DNA of 40,313 bases. It comes from Nemertoderma westbladi (Eukaryota > Animalia > Xenacoelomorpha). Positions within the stretch are counted from its first letter, which is position 1, and each line of letters opens with the position of its first letter. Location of the stretch: contig JAUCBJ010008184.1 of the NCBI GenBank assembly GCA_032718475.1, positions 1-40,313 of the forward strand. Direction: 5' to 3'. The position numbers and the translations under genes are program-made. The notes under the pieces are model-generated. The model did not search any database, was not told the origin of the DNA, and was given only the letters and a program-made list of their open reading frames with translations. Positions 24,859 through 36,593 of the stretch are shown in pieces.

Positions 24859-26469
24859 CCACGAGGCGTACGCTTTCCCACCACCCTTGGGGCCAGTCTG
24901 ACTCCGTTTTTATCAGACCGGGCCGGAGGGTAGCCCGATGCTTCCCGGGTTCAATTTTCAATCCCCCGATCACACCGGCACAGCTCGTCGGTGTAGCCAG
25001 ATGATCGGCTACTGTCAACTTACTGTGGCCTGACTGTACATTGAGCCAACTCAGAGAGTCAACCGGCGGGTGGACCAGTCGATAGCGATCGAGCATCAAG
25101 GTCGCCCTTGAGCCAAACCGACGGTCTTGTCCCAAGTGGGCTTGCGCTACCCACATGGAATATTGACACGTTTTCACCCCCCTCGCCGGCAGTATTGAGG
25201 GTTCTACAATAATACTGACTAGCTCGAAAGCTAAGAACAAGTCACCACTTACTAGTCACTGTAACGTGTACTCAATAGATGCTCATGAAATCAAGTACAC
25301 AACGGTAAACACAAAATCGGACACATACCATGCACACACAGAGGACATAATCGGAAAAGACAAATAGGTGACAAAATCAGAGGGGACAAAATTGTATCGA
25401 CTAATAAAAGAGCCGAGAGTACCTTATTTTGCCGTCAGGGCAAAATAACTTTGTGTGCACAAAGTATGCTGGGGCGCAGTAAAGATATGGTCCTACTAAT
25501 ACCAGCGGCGACTGAACCAACCGGCGAGGGTTCCCATACTCACTCGCAGTGGCCATACATACACTCACGTATACCACGTACCCACAGCAACAGAAAGCTC
25601 AAGCAAACTGCCACTGATCGTCCACACACAAACCACAGATTCCAGAGTATCATTCACTCGGACCACACTACAACACCAACCCCTCCTTGCAGCAGATATT
25701 CCGGGTGCTACCTCCATTCCAATAGTAGTACCAACAGAATCATCAGAATCCTGCCCATTCCGATGCAACACCTCCATTCCAATAGTGCTACCCTGGGAAA
25801 AGACACGTTTCAGCAGCCGATTGGAGACAGTAAAGAGTCTGGTCAACTCATATATACCAAACATAGACCTACCACACCACATAGACCACATAGACCACAG
25901 ATCACACCAAGCCACCACCCCTACTGTGTACAGGACTAGTAGTACGGCAACAGGCCGACTAGACGGTACCACGGCACCATGTTAATTCATGGTTCGTAAG
26001 ACACGAGGGCCTTCAGTAACTCCCTTGCACTATAGAAGCGATTTAACGTGCCCCCAGACCCTCACGAGTCCGCCGCCGCCTGTTGCTGTCACCCCTATAG
26101 AGACCTCACCTCCTTGGGTGACAGCTGCTTCTTGGTCTCGCTTGACTTGAGCTCGAGTGCCTATGATAGACCTACGGTGTTGGACTAGCCTAGGGTCTGA
26201 TACTACTACTGGAGGGATGATCTTTCTTACAGTAGGAGGTGAGAGTTGAACTTCGGTCTCACACGTTCCACACTCCTATCTGGGTCACAGATGGTTGTAT
26301 CTAGGAGACTGTCTGACAGGTTTTGCTTTGTGTCAGACATGTTTGTTTGTACAGTTGAATGCCTACTGCTATATTACAGTTAAAGCTAGTCTAGTAATTC
26401 AGTATCACTGTTAGCCTAGTAATTAATTACCGATATCGTTACTCTATATAATGTGATATATATACAATA

Positions 26470-26815
26470 TATTAGAGTACCGGTATATACTTATAGTATA
26501 TATAAGTATTATTACAGACTAGGTTTGTCACAGAATACCGGTATATAATTTCAGCGCAAATATATAAATATATAATAAGCCTATCGTGAATACCGGTATA
26601 CAGCTTACACTTATAGTATATATAAGTATAATTACAGACTAGAATTAATTACAGAATACCGGTATATAATTTCAGCGCAAATATATAAATATATAATAAG
26701 CCTATCGTGAATACCGGTATACAGCTTACACTTATAGAATATATATAAGTATAATTACAGACTAGAATTAATTACAGAATACCGGTATATAATTTCAGCA
26801 AATACAAACAAATAT
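26470..26815. repeat. ~121-bp tandem repeat (~2.8 copies) in the BEL 5' leader
   Basis: cagaataccggtatataatttcagc recurs at 26531, 26652 and 26775. Confidence 0.9.
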
Positions 26816-28473
26816 AATAAATAACATTTAATAACAATTAAATAACAATTTAACAAATATAATAAGACTATTGTAAATACCGGTATGTCAATTATTTTAG
26901 AATAATTGAATTTCTGAATTTTAGGGGTTACTTGGTTACTTTACTTTACCTTATTACCGTTATTTAAGCAGTAGTCCAACTGATATTAAGACCTAATTGT
27001 TGTATGACAGGCCTACTATTTTATAAATCGGTTTGAGTTGATTTATAATATGTATATACCCGTTTAATGGGTTTTTGTCAATATTTGAAATAAATGTTAT
27101 TATTTCTGGGAAGGAGTCACTGCACAGAAGCTGTATGCTCTCAGTGAAGTGCTACTTGTTGGACACTAAAACAAATAATTCTACTTGCCTAAGTTACTTA
27201 TTACTACAAATTACGTACAATACGGGGTGAGATTACAATCTCTAATAAACACAAAAATTACACGTACGAATTTTTAGGGTTAATTTTACAAGAAGTCTAC
27301 AAACCAGCCTAACAAGGGGTTAGAATTTCTGGTTATTTCAAACGGACAGGATACTACGGTATTTGAAAATAATAAAGCAGTAGTAAATATATTGCGTTGT
27401 CCAGATAGGAAAATACCACCGTCTGACGACTTATAGCCGTAGCGCTATAAGTACTACGTTATGTACCCGGAGTGTTCCTCCCTAGAAGTTAATTACCGCA
27501 GCCTATTATAGCTAACGTGCCTATTAACCACTTTACAACACAAATATACTGCCTACACACTAATTACCTTCGGAAAGCACTGTACACTAAACCCTAAATT
27601 AGGTACAAGTGCTTATACAACAAATAACCAGCAGTTAAAAATACTTGTACAGCTAAAAGAACCACGGTATCTGCCGGAGTGACCAGAGCATAAAATCACC
27701 AGTCTTTACCTACGCCAAACAGCCCTGATGTAGTACCGGGGTTAATTTAACTATAACGGTATGTATAACAAGCACAATTACTGTAGGAATAAACTTGGGG
27801 GTGTGAATGTTGCGAATAATCGCTTAAACTCTGAATAATAAATATTACGCTACCCGTACAGACTACACAAACAAAATACAGACCAAACGCTGGCAGACTA
27901 CTATCAAGCCTAAATAAACTACAGTATATGCAGACTCCGAAATGGTTAGTTAGTATGCATTCTAACCGAGTAGTACGACTTATTCTTTCGGGGGGATTTA
28001 CCTTACAGCACTGGATGCCACCCACTTTCCTAACTAGTACTTTATCGGACATACACTCTACACACACTACAATCTCTTCAGACTTAACAACAATCAGACA
28101 ACTATCCAGCCTACAAATTACCTGTACAATCTGAGCAGGCTTACACGCCTTCTGCTCAATATTAGCCTACAAATAAATAAAACTGACAGAAATAAGTAAA
28201 ATCCCAATAAAAAACCAGGGCGGGCCCTCCCTGATTAAATATCAAGACATACCGGTATATAATTATCAAAATCGAATAATACTGCTGTACTTGTACTGCT
28301 GTAAGTACCGGTTCGGGTGGTTACGTAGTCAGGCCTACTGGTTACCGGTCGACCGGTACTTCAGCTTTATTGCCTACGTTGCAATACAGAAGCAATAACT
28401 GTTATTGTACTTACCAGAACAATAGTAAACTGTATTTATTGCCTACACTGCAATCAGAATGTATAACTGTTAT

Positions 28474-29629
28474 TGTTCGTGCTTTTAGACCTATAGCAGT
28501 TTAACCTGCCAAATTTAGGTGTCTTCTAGGTTATAAATCGACTTTAGCCTATGACAAGTATTTGATACACTACATTAGCCGAAGCCAGCCTATGCGCGAC
28601 CATTCACCCGCTGGATATACCCGGGAGACTGGATTCGGAAGCTCTGACCTTATTGCGGTGTAGGCCTACTGTATTATTCGATTGATCGCTAATATATAAT
28701 CTCTGACCAATATTATTCACTTTCGGGAAATATTAACAGTTCCTTTAGGACGTGGCGCTCTAAGTATGTAAACAGAGTTATGACTTACACTAAGCACAAC
28801 AGGATGGCTATTGATTCACGTATAAAGCGCATTCTTTAGGAGATGCTTTGTTATCTATCACACTCATGCACACTACCACACAATGCTGCACACCGATCTG
28901 CCGACCTTCACTAATTTTAGTCACATATAAAGAGAACCGCAACGGACACATGTAGTGCCTATGAAATAGCATTAGATTCACTCCAAAACCAATATAATGT
29001 AAGTCGCAATTGCTATATGTAACCGGTCTCTTACCTTCAGTATATCAAGAAGATTGGGGTTTTATGATTATTTATCGATATTATCCAAATATAACAATAT
29101 TCCATCAACTGATACAAATTAATAACCGACAGTAAATAGCAGTAAAATAATGCGGTGAAAGGTATTTATGGTATGATATGGGCTGTATGCCAGTTTGTGG
29201 TTTGGTTTGATAACAGTTATACGTTTCTATGATCAAAGCCGATCTAATGTTTGGCTAAAGTCTGAAACACAGAATAATTCCACAGCCGGTATTCTAGGCT
29301 TAGGAAAAATACACACTGACTGAATTGCGTGAGTTTCTATATGCACTGTCCAACACAAAGAAAATCGCTCTGATTGGTTGAATTGGCTGAGCCGAACAAA
29401 GAACCAAAGCTCCTTGCAAAAAGCTCCACGTGGATACAGCTGATAGATGTCGTTATCTGAGTTCCGATGTTTAGAGTATTTGAGCTTATTGCGGAGAAAA
29501 ATGGGTTTTTATGTCCTCTAAAGCACACATGCAGACATAGCGGGCAAAATCGCTTGTTATGTCCGCTAAAATACCTACTCGGTATATTGCGGAGAAAAAT
29601 AGCTTGTTACATCCGCAAAAGCTTTTACA
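28474..29629 (-). repeat. 5' LTR (1156 bp)
   Basis: Direct repeat of 13352-14509. Confidence 0.97.
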
Positions 29630-30135
29630 GAAAGGTTGACAGGCGGGGACTGTCTGAGTAGGCGCAGTGGGACAGCTTTTTGTATGCCTCAACACAGGGT
29701 TTACTGCCTGGAGGACGTGGGACTGCTTGGAGGAGCTAACTGGAGGAAGTGTTGTACTGTGGCAGCAATGGCGAGCGCTTCTAACTCACACGGGAGCCAG
29801 GTGCACTACTGGTGGGCCTTTAACTTGGCAGAGTAAAAGCTGGAGAGGAGGAGTTCTTTTAGAGCATTTAGAGCCCTTAGGCTGTCGACTGACGACCCAG
29901 CGTATATAACGAGGAAGAGTTCGTCGCTGGGATGCGGGATGGTGATGGACCAGCATGACTGGATGGTGGCTTGGGAGCGGTGGAAGACTGCATTAAGCTT
30001 GGGTGACCAAGTGACTGAATCAAGGAGCTCGAGTTGGGCGACGAGTGTGGAGCAGCGTAGGAGGATGCGGGGAGAATCTTATAAGAATCCTAGGTATAAA
30101 CGGAGTTCCCGAACGATGGCTGGGGTGGGACAACG
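29630..30135 (-). mobile_element. Ty3/Gypsy pol remnant (RT connection-RNase H), degenerate
   Basis: VRELRLYLG..ITIPHPSDELF..FYSAKLKAHQ..WLPCELEALAIAATVQHF..SKPCVEAYKKL..SPRLSTF. Confidence 0.85.
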
Positions 30136-30829
30136 GGTCAACAGGTTTTTTGGGGTTCAAATTTCGATGGAATATATGCGATCAATGTAGGCCCTACAAT
30201 ATATGCAGTGTGCAAAATTTTGTGCCAGCACGAAATTTTGGAAATACATTCAATAGTACAATTGATTGTGACAACTTGTTTCTTACATTTTACAGGTGTT
30301 TTGGGGTTCTGAATGTAATGGTATAAATCGTGAAACCGTGAAAATTGTAACTTTTGAAAATTTTTCACTATGTGTAAATAAATTTGGTGCTGAAAAGAAA
30401 CAACCCCAATAAATTTTTTCGAAATTGTTTTTTGATGTGATTTAGTATAGTGAAATCTACTTACAAACAAAAAATAAGACGTTTTCGTTAAAATTTATAG
30501 ATTTTAGAGGGGGGGGGGGGGGGGGGGGGGTCAATGTGACACCCTCAAGGTATTTATGCAACATTTATAACCCAGTAATTTAATATGGTAACAACAACTG
30601 TACCGATAAGGGCAGAACCATGACCTAATATAGGGTCTAGTATAGGTTCTAGTAGTGTTATAGTAGGTCATGGCAAAACTTATGATCCTTTAGATCTGAA
30701 TATTTCATTGAGTATATATATACCCTTTCGCAAAAACTTTGCACGCTATTACTATATGGCTCACCCAAAATATATCCTACTATGATATTTTAGGGTTTTT
30801 TGTCATGCAGTCACCCCAACCGAACCTAC

Positions 30830-30978
30830 CAGGAATGGGTGTCGTTTTGTTGCCATGGTATTATAACGCATTGGGTAATATACACAAACGAAGCGCTCGA
30901 TGCTGAGAACAGTGGTGATCAAACCGCTTAGATTTAGAGCAGCATAAACTATTGCGAGTGAAATACCACACCAATAAC
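30830..30978 (-). CDS. Class A GPCR exon (TM3 with E-R-F motif, ICL2)
   Basis: tttcag|(G)YWCGISLAIVYAALNLSGLITTVLSIERFVCVYYPMRYNTMATKRHPFL|gtaggt; 149 nt, phase 1 to 0. Confidence 0.9.
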
Positions 30979-31041
30979 CTGAAAGGAATTGATAAAAATG
31001 TAGGTAATATTTCAGTCCAATCCATGACACTTATAACTCAC

Positions 31042-31174
31042 CTCATGTTCCATTAATTCTGGACCACACGCCATAATGCCTCAGAAACCATAATGTAGGG
31101 CCAAGACATCGTTCATAGCATTCATACAATGCACACATCTCCAACCAGACACTATTATTATAACATTGGAGGTG
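31042..31174 (-). pseudogene. Damaged GPCR exon (TM2-ECL1-like)
   Basis: Ends in a strong donor, AG|GTGAGT, but the phase-compatible frame has TGA at 31045-31043. TSNVIII lies in another frame, and the 5' side is cut by a MITE at 31175. Confidence 0.5.
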
Positions 31175-31446
31175 TATGGTGGCCCATTAGAGCCACTACA
31201 TTTTATTTATTTATTTTTGCGTGAATTCAATTTCATTTAATTTAATGTTAATTTTTAAATCAAGTACAATTTAAAAAAACATTAAATTTACTTTCACTTT
31301 CGTTTCCAATTAGTTTGACTTTTACTTTTTTCGTTTTATTTTTAGTTTTACATTCACTTTCGATTTCATTTTAGTTTTAGTTTTACTTTAACTTTCGTTT
31401 TCTTTTCATTTTCGATTTTTGCACACGGCCCATTACAGCCACCATA
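31175..31446. mobile_element. Non-autonomous DNA transposon (MITE) with IS3EU-like termini
   Basis: TATGGTGGC...GCCACCATA termini; subterminal GGCCCATTA.AGCCAC at both ends; degenerate (TTTCGT/TTTCAT)n interior. No clean TSD. Confidence 0.6.
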
Positions 31447-31729
31447 TTAGCCAAGGACTACGGCGGCCATCTTTTACCCTTACAATCAATTGCAGGTTGT
31501 GGCTCCATTGGGCCATGCAAGGCAGCCCAGTACAGCCATAGATTTTCGAAGAGAAACTTAAAACTGATTTTTGCAGGTGGCCCATGGCGGTGATTTCCCT
31601 ATGATGGGACTAGGAGAGCCAGACTGACAGAGAGAAGTCACAGCCTAGGCCTAAGCCATACACCAGCAACAATCCAGCATTGTGACATTACAGCATTCTG
31701 CAAGAGTTTTGAAAACCGCACAAAGCAAC

Positions 31730-32144
31730 CACATCGGGCCATCGGACTGAAACGGGGTCAAATTAGGTTCTTTCCTATTCTCTAATCTTCTAGCCTCCAA
31801 AATGTCTGGGGCAATGTCCCCCATTATTTGGTATACAAGAGACGGTGGCACCTTGATTCCATGGAAAGTCCGTAATTTCAAATGTAAGGCCCGATACCCG
31901 AGATCCCTTCCTGGTCCATCCAGTTCTTGGATTACTACAGTGTTCCTGACACTCTCTAAGGTAGTGTTGTAAGTAAAGTAATTCATTTCGAAAAAACGAA
32001 GTCTTCGATCAAGTGATTTCAAAGATGGGTAAGTGTCAAATTCCTTTGTAAGACTAACTAGAATCTCCTTTCGTTTCCAGTTCAGCGCTACTACTGTAAG
32101 TCCGTCATCCTTCGTTTGAGAACATGGTCATTTTGCCATGCCAT
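31730..32144 (-). pseudogene. N-terminal fragment of an IS3EU-type DDE transposase
   Basis: MAWQNDHVLK / NWKRKEILVSLTKEF..SLDRRLRFF..ELDGPGRDLGYRALHLKLR..LVY..EARR..FQSDGP; truncated before the first catalytic Asp. Confidence 0.75.
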
Positions 32145-32195
32145 AATGAATAAATGAAATAGGCCTAAACCAATGATCTAAACTAAAGCAGTAAA

Positions 32196-32860
32196 ATGCC
32201 TTACAGCAAACCAATTCAGCAATATGCAATAGTGTATGATAGTGTAAGAAATAGAATATTAAATAAGCCTGATAGTGCTACAAAATTTCATACATATAGG
32301 TCAGTTCTAAATAGGAATCTAAACCCTCATCCAATTTATCAGTTGCGTCGGAATTATATCCCTGAGATAGTGAGGAAAGATTTTACCCGTTTGCGATTAA
32401 TATCGCACAACTTACGCGTTGAGAAAGGCCGGTGGAGCAGAACCCCGAGGCCGCTCCAGGTATGCTTGTGCGATAATAACAGCATCCAAGACGAAGATCA
32501 TGTACTATTATACTGTGAGCTGACTGAGCACTGTAGGAACAAATATAATAAATTACAATTTTCATCGTTAGAGACTCTATGGTCAAATAATAATTACGTA
32601 GATGTTTGCAGTTTCGTATCAGATGTATTAAAAACATATGAGCCGTAGTACATAAGTGTTAGGGGGGGGGGGGGGGGGCACTAAACTTACAGTAGATTAA
32701 ATTTAGATTTATTGTATTACGTTAATTAGTCCATTGGACAATAATAATGTTTTTGGGTTTAGTTTAATGTTATTAAATGTGATTGTAACAGAATTGATTA
32801 ATGTGACGATTTATTACAATGTTGTGCCGTGTATAATTTTATTATTATGGTCAATAAAAA
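32196..32860 (+). mobile_element. 3' end of an RTEX-like LINE (C-terminal CCHC domain and 3' UTR)
   Basis: KFHTY..FTRLRLISHNLRVEKGRW..CLC..IQDEDHVLLYC; AATAAA at 32853-32858. Confidence 0.75.
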
Positions 32861-33074
32861 TTAGATAGGCCTAGGTTGTTAATTCTCCCTGTCAGTCTGG
32901 CTCTCCTAGTCCCATCATAGGGAAATGACCGCCATGGGCCACCTGCAAAAATCAGTTTTAAGTTTCTCATCGAAAATCGATGGCTGTACTGGGCTGCCTT
33001 GCATGGTCCATTGGAGCCACAGCCTGCAATTGATTGTAAGGGTAAAAGATGGCCGCCGTAGTCCTTGGCTAATA

Positions 33075-33430
33075 GGGTGCCCCCAAGTTTCGTTCCCCCA
33101 AGCTAGAACAAAGCTGCCCTGCTTTGCAGGACATTGTTTTCGCCGTGGGGACCAGCCTGAGCACAGTCTTGTGCTTCTGGCAGCCCCATAGAGATGCCTC
33201 TTAAGGCCACTGGCCTTGAAGATGAGGATAGTCTCGCGAAAGTCATGGGGGATAAAGAGTTTGTGTTTGTGGCCTTGCAGTTTTGTTGACAAGCCGTCAT
33301 AACATTCTTAATGCACGCTGCGTTGGGCTTGCCAATTGTGGATTGCATGGCGGTGACAAAAGGATTTTGTAAGCCAGCATAACATCTCAATGTGCAGTTT
33401 CAATGCATCAGGACGATTAGAGTAGTAGTA
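33075..33430 (+). mobile_element. RTE-clade LINE 3' end, related to 11705-11981
   Basis: FAGHCFRRGDQPEHSLVL; clear nucleotide similarity to 11720-11945; ends AGTAGTAGTA. Confidence 0.85.
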
Positions 33431-33530
33431 CTGTAATATAATTTAAAAATTTAATTTCCAACTGATTGCGAACAACAGTTGGGGGTGGTTTATCAAATGT
33501 GGGTTTTTATTTAAATTACATTTATTTAAA

Positions 33531-36330
33531 TATAATTATTACTCTTGTTTTAATTATTACTTATGTTTTAATTATTACTCTTGTTTTAATTATTACTCTT
33601 ATATAATTATTACTTATGTTTTAATTATTACTCTTGTATAATTATTACTCTTGTATAATTATTACTCTTGTATAATTATTACTCTTGTATCATTATTACT
33701 TTTGTATTAATTGCTCTTGTATTAATTATTACTCTTGTTGTAATTATTACTTTTGTTTTAATTATTACTCTTGCATAATTATTACTTTGTTTTAATTATT
33801 ACTCTTGTATAATTATTAATCTCGTTTTAATTATTACTCTTGTATTAATTACTCTTGTTTGAATTTTTATTACTCTTGTATAATTATTACATTTGTTTTA
33901 ATTATTTCTCTTGTATTAATTGCTCTTGTTTTAATTATTACTCTTGTTGTAATTATTACTTTTGTTTTAATTATTACTCTTGCATAATTATTACTTTGTT
34001 TTAATTATTTATCTTGTATTAATTACTCTTGTTTTAATTATTTCTCTTGTATTAATTACTCTTGTTTTAATTATTACTCTTGTTGTAATTATTACTTTTG
34101 TTATAATTATTACTTTTGTTTTAATTATTACTCTTGTATAATTATTACTTTTGTATTAATTGCTCTTGTTTTAATTATTACTCTTGTTGTAATTATTACT
34201 TTTGTTGTAATTATTACTCTTGTATAATTATTACTTTTGTTTTGATTATGTCTCTTATATAATTATTACTTTTGTTTTAATTATCTCTTGTATTAATTAC
34301 TCTTGTTTTAATTATTACTCTTGTATTAATTACTCTTGTTTTAATTATTACTCTTGTTTTAACTATTACTCTTGTATTAATTACTCTTGTTTGAATTTTT
34401 ATTACTCTTGTATAATTATTACATTTGTTTTAATTATTTCTCTTGTATTAATTACTCTTGTTTTAATTATTACTCTTGTTGTAATTATTACTTTTGTTAT
34501 AATTATTACTTTTGTTTTAATTATTACTCTTGTATTAATTACTCTTGTTTTAATTATTACTCTTGTTTTAACTATTACTCTTGTATTAATTACTCTTGTT
34601 TGAATTTTTATTACTCTTGTATAATTATTACATTTGTTTTAATTATTTCTCTTGTATTAATTACTCTTGTTTTAATTATTACTCTTGTTGTAATTATTAC
34701 TTTTGTTATAATTATTACTTTTGTTTTAATTATTACTCTTGTATAATTATTACTTTTGTTTTGATTATGTCTCTTATATAATTATTACTTTTGTTTTAAT
34801 TATCTCTTGTATTAATTACTCTTGTTTTAATTATTACTCTTGTATTAATTACTCTTGTTTTAATTATTACTCTTGTTTTAACTATTACTCTTGTATTAAT
34901 TACTCTTGTTTGAATTTTTATTACTCTTGTATAATTATTACATTTGTTTTAATTATTTCTCTTGTATTAATTACTCTTGTTTTAATTATTACTCTTGTTG
35001 TAATTATTACTTTTGTTATAATTATTACTTTTGTTTTAATTATTACTCTTGTATTAATTACTCTTGTTTTAATTATTACTCTTGTTTTAACTATTACTCT
35101 TGTATTAATTACTCTTGTTTGAATTTTTATTACTCTTGTATAATTATTACATTTGTTTTAATTATTTCTCTTGTATTAATTACTCTTGTTTTAATTATTA
35201 CTCTTGTTGTAATTATTACTTTTGTTATAATTATTACTTTTGTTTTAATTATTACTCTTGTATAATTATTACTTTTGTTTTAATTATTACTCTTGTATAA
35301 TTATTACTCTTGTATAATTATTACTTTTGTATTAATTACTCTTGTTTTAATTATTACTCTTGTTGTAATTATTACTTTTGTTTAATTATTACTCTTGTAT
35401 AATTATTACTTTTGTTTTATTATTCTCTTGTATAATTATTACTTTTGTTTTAATTATTCTCTTGTATTAATTACTCTTGTTTTAATTATTACTCTTGTAT
35501 TAATTACTCTGTTTGAATTATTACTCTTGTTATAATTATTACTTTGTTTTAATTATTTCTCTTGTATTAATTACTCTTCTTTTAATTATTACTCATGTAT
35601 AATTATTACTCTTGTATAATTATTACTCTTGTTGTAATTATTACTTTTGTTATAATTATTACTTTTGTTTTAATTATTACTCTTGTATTAATTACTCTTG
35701 TTTTAATTATTACTCTTGTTTTAACTATTACTCTTGTATTAATTACTCTTGTTTGAATTTTTATTACTCTTGTATAATTATTACATTTGTTTTAATTATT
35801 TCTCTTGTATTAATTACTCTTGTTTTAATTATTACTCTTGTTGTAATTATTACTTTTGTTATAATTATTACTTTTGTTTTAATTATTTCTCTTGTATTAA
35901 TTACTCTTCTTTTAATTATTACTCTTGTATAATTATTACTCTTGTATAATTATTACTCTTGTTGTAATTATTACTTTTGTTATAATTATTACTTTTGTTT
36001 TAATTATTACTCTTGTATTAATTACTCTTGTTTTAATTATTACTCTTGTTTTAACTATTACTCTTGTATTAATTACTCTTGTTTGAATTTTTATTACTCT
36101 TGTATAATTATTACATTTGTTTTAATTATTTCTCTTGTATTAATTGCTCTTGTTTTAATTATTACTCTTGTTGTAATTATTACTTTTGTTATAATTATTA
36201 CTTTTGTTTTAATTATTACTCTTGTATAATTATTACTCTTGTATAATTATTACTCTTGTATAATTATTACTTTTGTATTAATTGCTCTTGTTTTAATTAT
36301 TACTCTTGTATAATTATTACTTTTGTATTA
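33531..36330. repeat. AT-rich satellite, ~15-19-bp unit (TAATTATTACTCTTGT[TT/A]), with higher-order repeats
   Basis: Identical blocks recur at offsets of 519 bp (34220/34739), 209 bp (34387/34596) and 330 bp (35612/35942). Confidence 0.97.
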
Positions 36331-36480
36331 TTTTATTCTTTAATTGTCAAGCTGAAGTAAAAAACCTTACCGGTAGGTATGCCAGTACAGTACGATACAA
36401 ATACTAAAATAAAAAAGCAACTGACCATTAGACGTTGCATGCAATCAGTAATCAGCTGACGGCTGTCAGCTGATCAGTAG

Positions 36481-36508
36481 GTTTCGCCCCAATGGGGGCT
36501 TTCTCAAG
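36481..36508 (-). ncRNA. Hammerhead-ribozyme-like core (variant or partial)
   Basis: C-UUGAGAA-A-GCCCC-CAUU-GGGGC-GAAAC. I could not close stems I and III convincingly. Confidence 0.45.
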
Positions 36509-36593
36509 TAGCTAGTGCTAGAAAGGAGACAATAGATAGAAGTTCCCAAGGGAGACGGGACGGTAAAGTGAAACAAGGTAGAAGTGTATCCGT

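Larger units (their letters stand above)
13352..29629 (-). mobile_element. Full-length BEL/Pao LTR retrotransposon, 16,278 bp, defective
   Basis: Paired TG..CA LTRs; 5-bp TSD GAAAG at 13347-13351 and 29630-29634; domain order gag-PR-RT-RH-IN with BEL motifs. Confidence 0.97.
31445..33074. mobile_element. DNA transposon derivative with 209-bp TIRs (31445-31653 / 32866-33074)
   Basis: TATTAGCCAAGGACTACGGCGGCCATCTTTTACC... is present in inverted orientation at both ends with high identity. Confidence 0.9.

Noticed and set aside
24764-25985. Short ORFs in the BEL leader (158, 162, 135 aa)
   Set aside because: No recognisable motifs, overlapping on both strands, partly made of short repeats.
34220-36229. 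Cys/Tyr/Asn-rich and hydrophobic ORFs in the track
   Set aside because: They are translations of the AT satellite.
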